20,000 bases of DNA from an uncultured virus (IMG/VR IMGVR_UViG_649633079_000003) (Duplodnaviria; Heunggongvirae; Uroviricota; Caudoviricetes). The position numbers and the translations under genes are program-made. The notes beneath the pieces were generated by a model. The model was not told the DNA's origin and did not search any database. It saw only the letters and a list, made by a program, of their open reading frames with translations. Shown in pieces: positions 15,728 to 20,000 of this stretch. Location: the IMG/VR virus record IMGVR_UViG_649633079_000003, one strand, 5' to 3'. Each line of letters opens with the position of its first letter. The first letter of the stretch is position 1.

Positions 15728-17023
15728 GTGAACAATATTGTGGATGAAGTATTTTCAGAAACCGTAGAATATCTAAAGCGACTGGGGACAAGACGATACT
15801 TTTCAAAACTACTTGAACGTTATGTTTTTTATTATAATAAAGGAATTTACGTACATTTTAACTTCATATCGAATTCTGACCAAGGTTGCTTTGAGTGTTT
15901 TGAGAGACGATATGGACTTGAATCTTTTGTAGCAAACCATCTTATTCAAAAGAAGCCACGGGATACCCGAATGAAGATTTACGATGTTCGAGAAAATACG
16001 AACCGTAGAGTGAAAGCCTGTAAAGATGCACAAGAAGAATGGTATAAAGTGAGACGTAGCCTGGAAAGTAATTTGAGTGACAGTGAGACGAAGAAAGTAA
16101 CGGATAGCCAGTATAATAGGGTGCAAAAAGCGCTACGTTCCATTTACGAGTTTCACGAACAATCGTCAAAGGAAAAGTTGAAACGAGCTGAACGGGCGTC
16201 CAGGGTGGTGTATGCGATGGATAAGCACTATAAGAATGCGTCCGAAGAGTTTAAGCATGCAGAGAACTTGGTGCTTGCCCTGTTGCTGGAGTTTTACATG
16301 ACACAATTAAGTAAACGAATCCAAGCTTTTTTTGGACAGGATAAAGTTATCGTTCGATATCCCCGTAAAGAGATCGTGAAACTATTTAAGGAAAGGAATA
16401 ATCACAACAATTATGATTTTGTAGATCCAGAGCGTCAGTTCTCGGTGTTCGAGCGCGAGCTTCTCGGTTTTATGGATATGGCAAAAAAGAAATTTATTAT
16501 TCAGGTAAGTAAGGAAAATTTTGTTTATAAGCTAACCTCATCCGAAACGAAAGATCTCTTTAGGCTTTCCGTCAATCCAAAAGGTGATGTGCACGATGAC
16601 CCAACGGTTCTTGAGCCGTTGGAACAATTCTTGGGTAAGTACGCAGGGTTTCGATTGCTGATTCATTCCATGGCTCAAATCAAGAATGCATTTGGAGACA
16701 AAGTAGAAGCATTCCAAGATATTGTGAAGCTAACATCCTTGACGTATTCTAAGAAATTTATTTCTCGCTACATGGAACTTGAAAAGGAATATTTTGAAAA
16801 ATTAAAACAAGAAAGAGAACATAAGCCAAAGTGGATGGGCGAGGAACAAGCGATTCAGAAGATGAAAGCAGCCTTCCCAGCATTTCAGATCAGTTCGGGA
16901 ATGAAGGAAGATTCAACCATGAATTTTGTAATGGAACATGTTGCTCATTCGAAAGAAAGATTCTACATTCATTTTATCGATTCGATTACTAATGGTACGG
17001 AAGTTTTAAAGATTGGTGCATAA
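15728..17023 (+). CDS. Hypothetical protein, 431 aa, helical/charged
   Basis: AGGAG at 15715-15719 spaced to GTG 15728; this avoids overlap with the upstream gene. Confidence 0.85.
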   Translation: MNNIVDEVFSETVEYLKRLGTRRYFSKLLERYVFYYNKGIYVHFNFISNSDQGCFECFERRYGLESFVANHLIQKKPRDTRMKIYDVRENTNRRVKACKDAQEEWYKVRRSLESNLSDSETKKVTDSQYNRVQKALRSIYEFHEQSSKEKLKRAERASRVVYAMDKHYKNASEEFKHAENLVLALLLEFYMTQLSKRIQAFFGQDKVIVRYPRKEIVKLFKERNNHNNYDFVDPERQFSVFERELLGFMDMAKKKFIIQVSKENFVYKLTSSETKDLFRLSVNPKGDVHDDPTVLEPLEQFLGKYAGFRLLIHSMAQIKNAFGDKVEAFQDIVKLTSLTYSKKFISRYMELEKEYFEKLKQEREHKPKWMGEEQAIQKMKAAFPAFQISSGMKEDSTMNFVMEHVAHSKERFYIHFIDSITNGTEVLKIGA

Positions 17024-17160
17024 CGGAGGGGAGCTTTTCCCTTCTATACATAACAAGTAAATGGACTGAATGAACTTATATTTTGAAAGCTGGACGGTAT
17101 AATATAGGGATTTTAGAACCCAGGAAATTTAAATTATATGAAAAGAGGAAGGAAGTAACT

Positions 17161-18008
17161 ATGGACGTGATTCATGTTGAACTGTATGGCGGCAAAGGAT
17201 TGTTTGGCGGGAGAGAACAGCCGTTAGAAGCAAGTGTTATAAGATGTGATAAGTACAAAAGTTGTTCCTATTACGAAAACAACCAATGTCTGAAAGTAAG
17301 AAGCATAGGTGGCTCGACTTGTAGATTTGGAGAAGAGGATACCGTCAGAGGATATACCAGCAAGGCGAAAAAATATCATCAATTTAAAAGAAGCTGGAAG
17401 GAACATGAACAATATCGAAAGTTGGGAAAGCCTTCTGCAAAGTTGGGGCATATTGATAATTTTGTTGTATTCCCTTATCCATATATTCATATTAAAGAAC
17501 AAGAAGATGGTGAAATTAAAATTAGTGATCCTCTTATGTTCAGTGACAAAACAGCATTTATTCCGTGGGAAAGGTTTACTCCTGAGCTGATACATCGGAT
17601 ATGTACATTTAGACCGGAGGCAGTCATGGGTGGAGAAATCATGGAATATCGTAAAAAAATTGTTCCAATGTTATAGCCCATTTAAAAGAAGTTATACCCG
17701 AGAAATATGATGAGTTCATTACCAACCATGAGGAATTTGACGTGAAGATAGATTACGTTGGCAGAACAGCATTATTAAGAACGATTAATCCATCCCTTGT
17801 ACATTATGAGAGCAATAATAATCCCGAATTGAATGAGGAATGGTTGTGGGATGGTGAGTACCTAACATTCAAAGCTGGGCATATCCACAAGTTCTATATA
17901 ACCAGTAATTATACCGTCGAAGAACTGAAGATTAAACCAAGTGACAAATCAACGATAAAAATTTCAAGTAATGACCAGGTTACATCGCAAACCGTGTTTA
18001 TTGATTAA
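17161..18008 (+). pseudogene. Phage-type Cys-containing protein (~282 aa) split by a 1-bp deletion, or sequencing error
   Basis: Track ORFs 17083-17676 and 17742-18008 join as ...IVPM(F)IAHLKEVIPEKYDEF...KIDYVGR if one base is added at 17671-17672; SD AGGAAGG before ATG 17161. Confidence 0.8.
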
Positions 18009-18016
18009 ATCAAATA
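17898..18016 (+). repeat. Direct repeat copy 1 (3' end of the 17161-18008 gene)
   Basis: Manual alignment to 19159-19275: 19 substitutions and 2 gaps over 119 nt. Confidence 0.92.
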
Positions 18017-18141
18017 GTAAAAAGCATTTCTTAGCAATGTCAGTTCGTTTTAGTGCGTCGGCATACTCATTCCTTGATCATTCTTGTTATTCAAGGAGAT
18101 TCGCCATTTCGTGACCTGCCAAGTTCTGTTTCTCATACTGT

Positions 18142-18181
18142 AAAAAAGAGCAGATTATCAAAAAGATAACCTGCTCTTTTT
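18142..18181. terminator. Bidirectional intrinsic terminator
   Basis: AAAAAGAGCAG...CTGCTCTTTTT between convergent genes. Confidence 0.88.
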
Positions 18182-18193
18182 CTTGATATTGAG

Positions 18194-18613
18194 TTAAATT
18201 GCATTAATGATGAACTGTCCTTTTGAAGCTTTGATCTCAAAGAAATATTTTTGATCTTTATTTAAACCACTTAATTGTTTGCTATTCCCAGGAGATACTT
18301 GAAACTCATCAATCACGACACCTTTAACATCTTTAACTCTCATAAGCGCATTACCTGTACTGTTCGCATCATTTATGATTGTCTTATCCCAAAAAACACT
18401 ATCAAATTTGATAGAATCTTGATCATCAAATTTAACCTTGTTCCATTCATCAGTTTCTTTTTCAATAGCCATAACTGATGTCATTTTAGGAGAAATATAA
18501 TTATGGACAGTTTCTACGTTTTGATAAACCTGATAAGAACAAACAAAAATAATGGTTAATGTAACGAAAATCGCACTTATTACACCAATTTTCTTGAGTT
18601 TACTATTAACCAT
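18194..18613 (-). CDS. Membrane-anchored/secreted beta-rich protein, 139 aa
   Basis: Basic N-terminus plus one hydrophobic helix; AAGGAG SD overlapping the upstream stop. Confidence 0.85.
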   Translation of the reverse strand: MVNSKLKKIGVISAIFVTLTIIFVCSYQVYQNVETVHNYISPKMTSVMAIEKETDEWNKVKFDDQDSIKFDSVFWDKTIINDANSTGNALMRVKDVKGVVIDEFQVSPGNSKQLSGLNKDQKYFFEIKASKGQFIINAI

Positions 18614-18624
18614 ATTTCAACTCC

Positions 18625-18957
18625 TTAATCAATAGAAATAACATAATATCCAGTTTTGCTACCTTTGCCTTGCAGGGTATAGTCCTCGGCATTCCAAGGT
18701 ATCGTATCAAGTTCTACAGATTTTCCTGCCGCAATTGTTTTGGTGCTTCCTACTTGCTTACCTGTATCATCTACAATCCGTACAGTAACAGAGCCATGGC
18801 TGTTTGTCTCATTTGTAACAGTAGGTGAATCATTAAAGACGTTGTTAGAAGAGGTAATGTTACTATAAGCATTTGTAGTTAAATAAGCTGAACCCGACCA
18901 ATTTACATACGGAACAACAACTCTACCGTCCTTATTCGGACTCTCCTTTTCAACCTT
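18625..18957 (-). pseudogene. 5'-truncated gene for a probable secreted beta-rich protein (not in ORF track)
   Basis: 110 open codons without a start: KVEKESPNKDGRVVVPYVNWSGSAYLTTNAYSNITSSNNVFNDSPTVTN...GYYVISID*; stop overlaps the SD of the next gene. Confidence 0.8.
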
Positions 18958-19158
18958 TCAAAATTATTTTTCGATGTTTTTAGGTTGTGTTTGCACCAAA
19001 AACATCCTAAGTCTTATTTTCTACATAGAATAATATTTTTCCTGCTAACTTCTTTATTAATTTAACAATATTTACAAAATTGATGTATATAATCCAACTA
19101 CAGTCAATCTTTTTAGGAGTGTGTCAGCCTATGTCTCATGCCAAAGCTAAAAGTGTCT

Positions 19159-19275
19159 ATAGTCAGCAATAATACCATCGAGAAAGTGAATATTAAACCA
19201 AGTGATAAATCAACGTAAAAATTTCAAGCAATGATCAAGTTGCAGCGCAAACACTGTTCATGATTAAATCTAATA
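19159..19275 (+). repeat. Direct repeat copy 2: decayed 3' gene fragment
   Basis: About 82% identical to 17898-18016, with two frameshifting deletions. Confidence 0.92.
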
Positions 19276-19280
19276 AAAAA

Positions 19281-19308
19281 AAACCACCCATTCAAAGGTG
19301 GTTTCTTT
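19281..19308. terminator. Bidirectional intrinsic terminator
   Basis: AAACCACC/GGTGGTTT stem, A run on the left and T-rich on the right. Confidence 0.8.
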
Positions 19309-19309
19309 A

Positions 19310-19501
19310 TTAGTGAAGTGCCTTCTTTTTTGAACTCTTATCTCGATGTCTTATCAAACCAGTAATACATATCAGTATGGTTAAAGCACTGATCAATTTT
19401 ATTTCGAAATTGAATTTTGGATCGGTATATACAAATAAATTGATTGTAGCAGCTAAAAGTCCCACTATGTAAAAGTTGATTTTCTCTAAGAGTCGGATCA
19501 T
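19310..19501 (-). CDS. Small two-TM membrane protein, 63 aa
   Basis: GAGGAG SD spaced to ATG at 19501; two hydrophobic segments and a basic tail. Confidence 0.75.
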   Translation of the reverse strand: MIRLLEKINFYIVGLLAATINLFVYTDPKFNFEIKLISALTILICITGLIRHRDKSSKKKALH

Positions 19502-19784
19502 TTCCATTCTCCTCTAATTTAAAGACTGCTTTTCATGTTAATAGTGTAACACCATTGTTCACTTGTGTGATGATTACGATTAAGTCAGAGGTCATATATA
19601 TGATGACCGGGAACGCTTTTAGTTATCCTATACAGCTTTATTATATCAGAAATATCTGTTAGTTGCATTCATTAGTTATTATATCGTATGTGTTTTTGGA
19701 ATCTGGTGAAGGTACATATAATACATTACATATTTCATACAGCAGGTAATTGAACAGATTATTTATATAAAGGGAGGATTTAAG

Positions 19785-20000
19785 ATGGTGAGGATTGTTT
19801 ATTTGAATTATGGTTTCTTAGATATGATGTTTATTGAGGATGAGGAACGTGAAGCGATCGAACAATTTTGGGGAATTTTTGGTTCCCCAGACACTCCGCG
19901 AAATACAGGCGGAATTCGTGTATTAGATGTTAGCCAGGCGCTTAATGAGAAGGATCTTGGTGGATATCAAATGGGGATCGTGGCAAAAGAAGTTGCTTAA
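19785..20000 (+). CDS. Hypothetical protein, 71 aa
   Basis: GGGAGG SD; complete ORF ending TAA at the window edge. Confidence 0.7.
   Translation: MVRIVYLNYGFLDMMFIEDEEREAIEQFWGIFGSPDTPRNTGGIRVLDVSQALNEKDLGGYQMGIVAKEVA

Noticed and set aside
18030..18140. Minus-strand integrase or RNase H relic (QNLAGH, NEYADAL peptides)
   Set aside because: Only short motif look-alikes in different frames, with no catalytic Tyr or extended similarity
504..18478. Overlapping antisense or alternate-frame ORFs (e.g. 1725-2039, 3203-3463, 11250-11537, 12164-12583, 15430-15735, 17224-17595, 18275-18478)
   Set aside because: Shadows of better-supported genes; no SD and atypical composition
17898..19275. Diversity-generating retroelement VR/TR pair
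   Set aside because: Differences are not adenine-specific (many C/T and synonymous changes, plus indels) and no reverse transcriptase is in the window
2156..19723. Widespread sigma-E/sigma-K promoters from CATAnnnT motifs (2156, 7615, 12157, 19715)
   Set aside because: No correctly spaced -35 elements; the motif is expected by chance in AT-rich DNA
1..20000. CRISPR array, tRNA, rRNA, IS/transposase
   Set aside because: No regularly spaced repeats, cloverleaf/rRNA signatures or transposase motifs were seen

Overview
AT-rich window from a Bacillota (Bacillaceae/Paenibacillaceae-like) large plasmid or large prophage accessory region. This origin is inferred from gene style; no replication, integrase or virion gene is present. 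Almost all genes are short, on the + strand, and arranged in 1-4 gene units with strong Shine-Dalgarno sites, closed by intrinsic terminators. Recognisable products are a DUF1385 membrane protein, a tandem-domain AAA+ ATPase, two stand-alone DUF262/ParB-like proteins (one intact, one degenerate), a protein with an apparently inactive HsdR_N-type nuclease domain, an NrnB-like DHH phosphoesterase with an extra N-terminal domain, and a Zn-ribbon plus ADP-ribosyltransferase-like protein. Several genes missed by the ORF track are frameshifted or truncated. Near the right end, a minus-strand cassette lies between two ~82% identical copies of a gene 3' end. No complete known system, CRISPR array, tRNA or rRNA is evident. 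Family calls come from motif recognition by eye, not from database searches.
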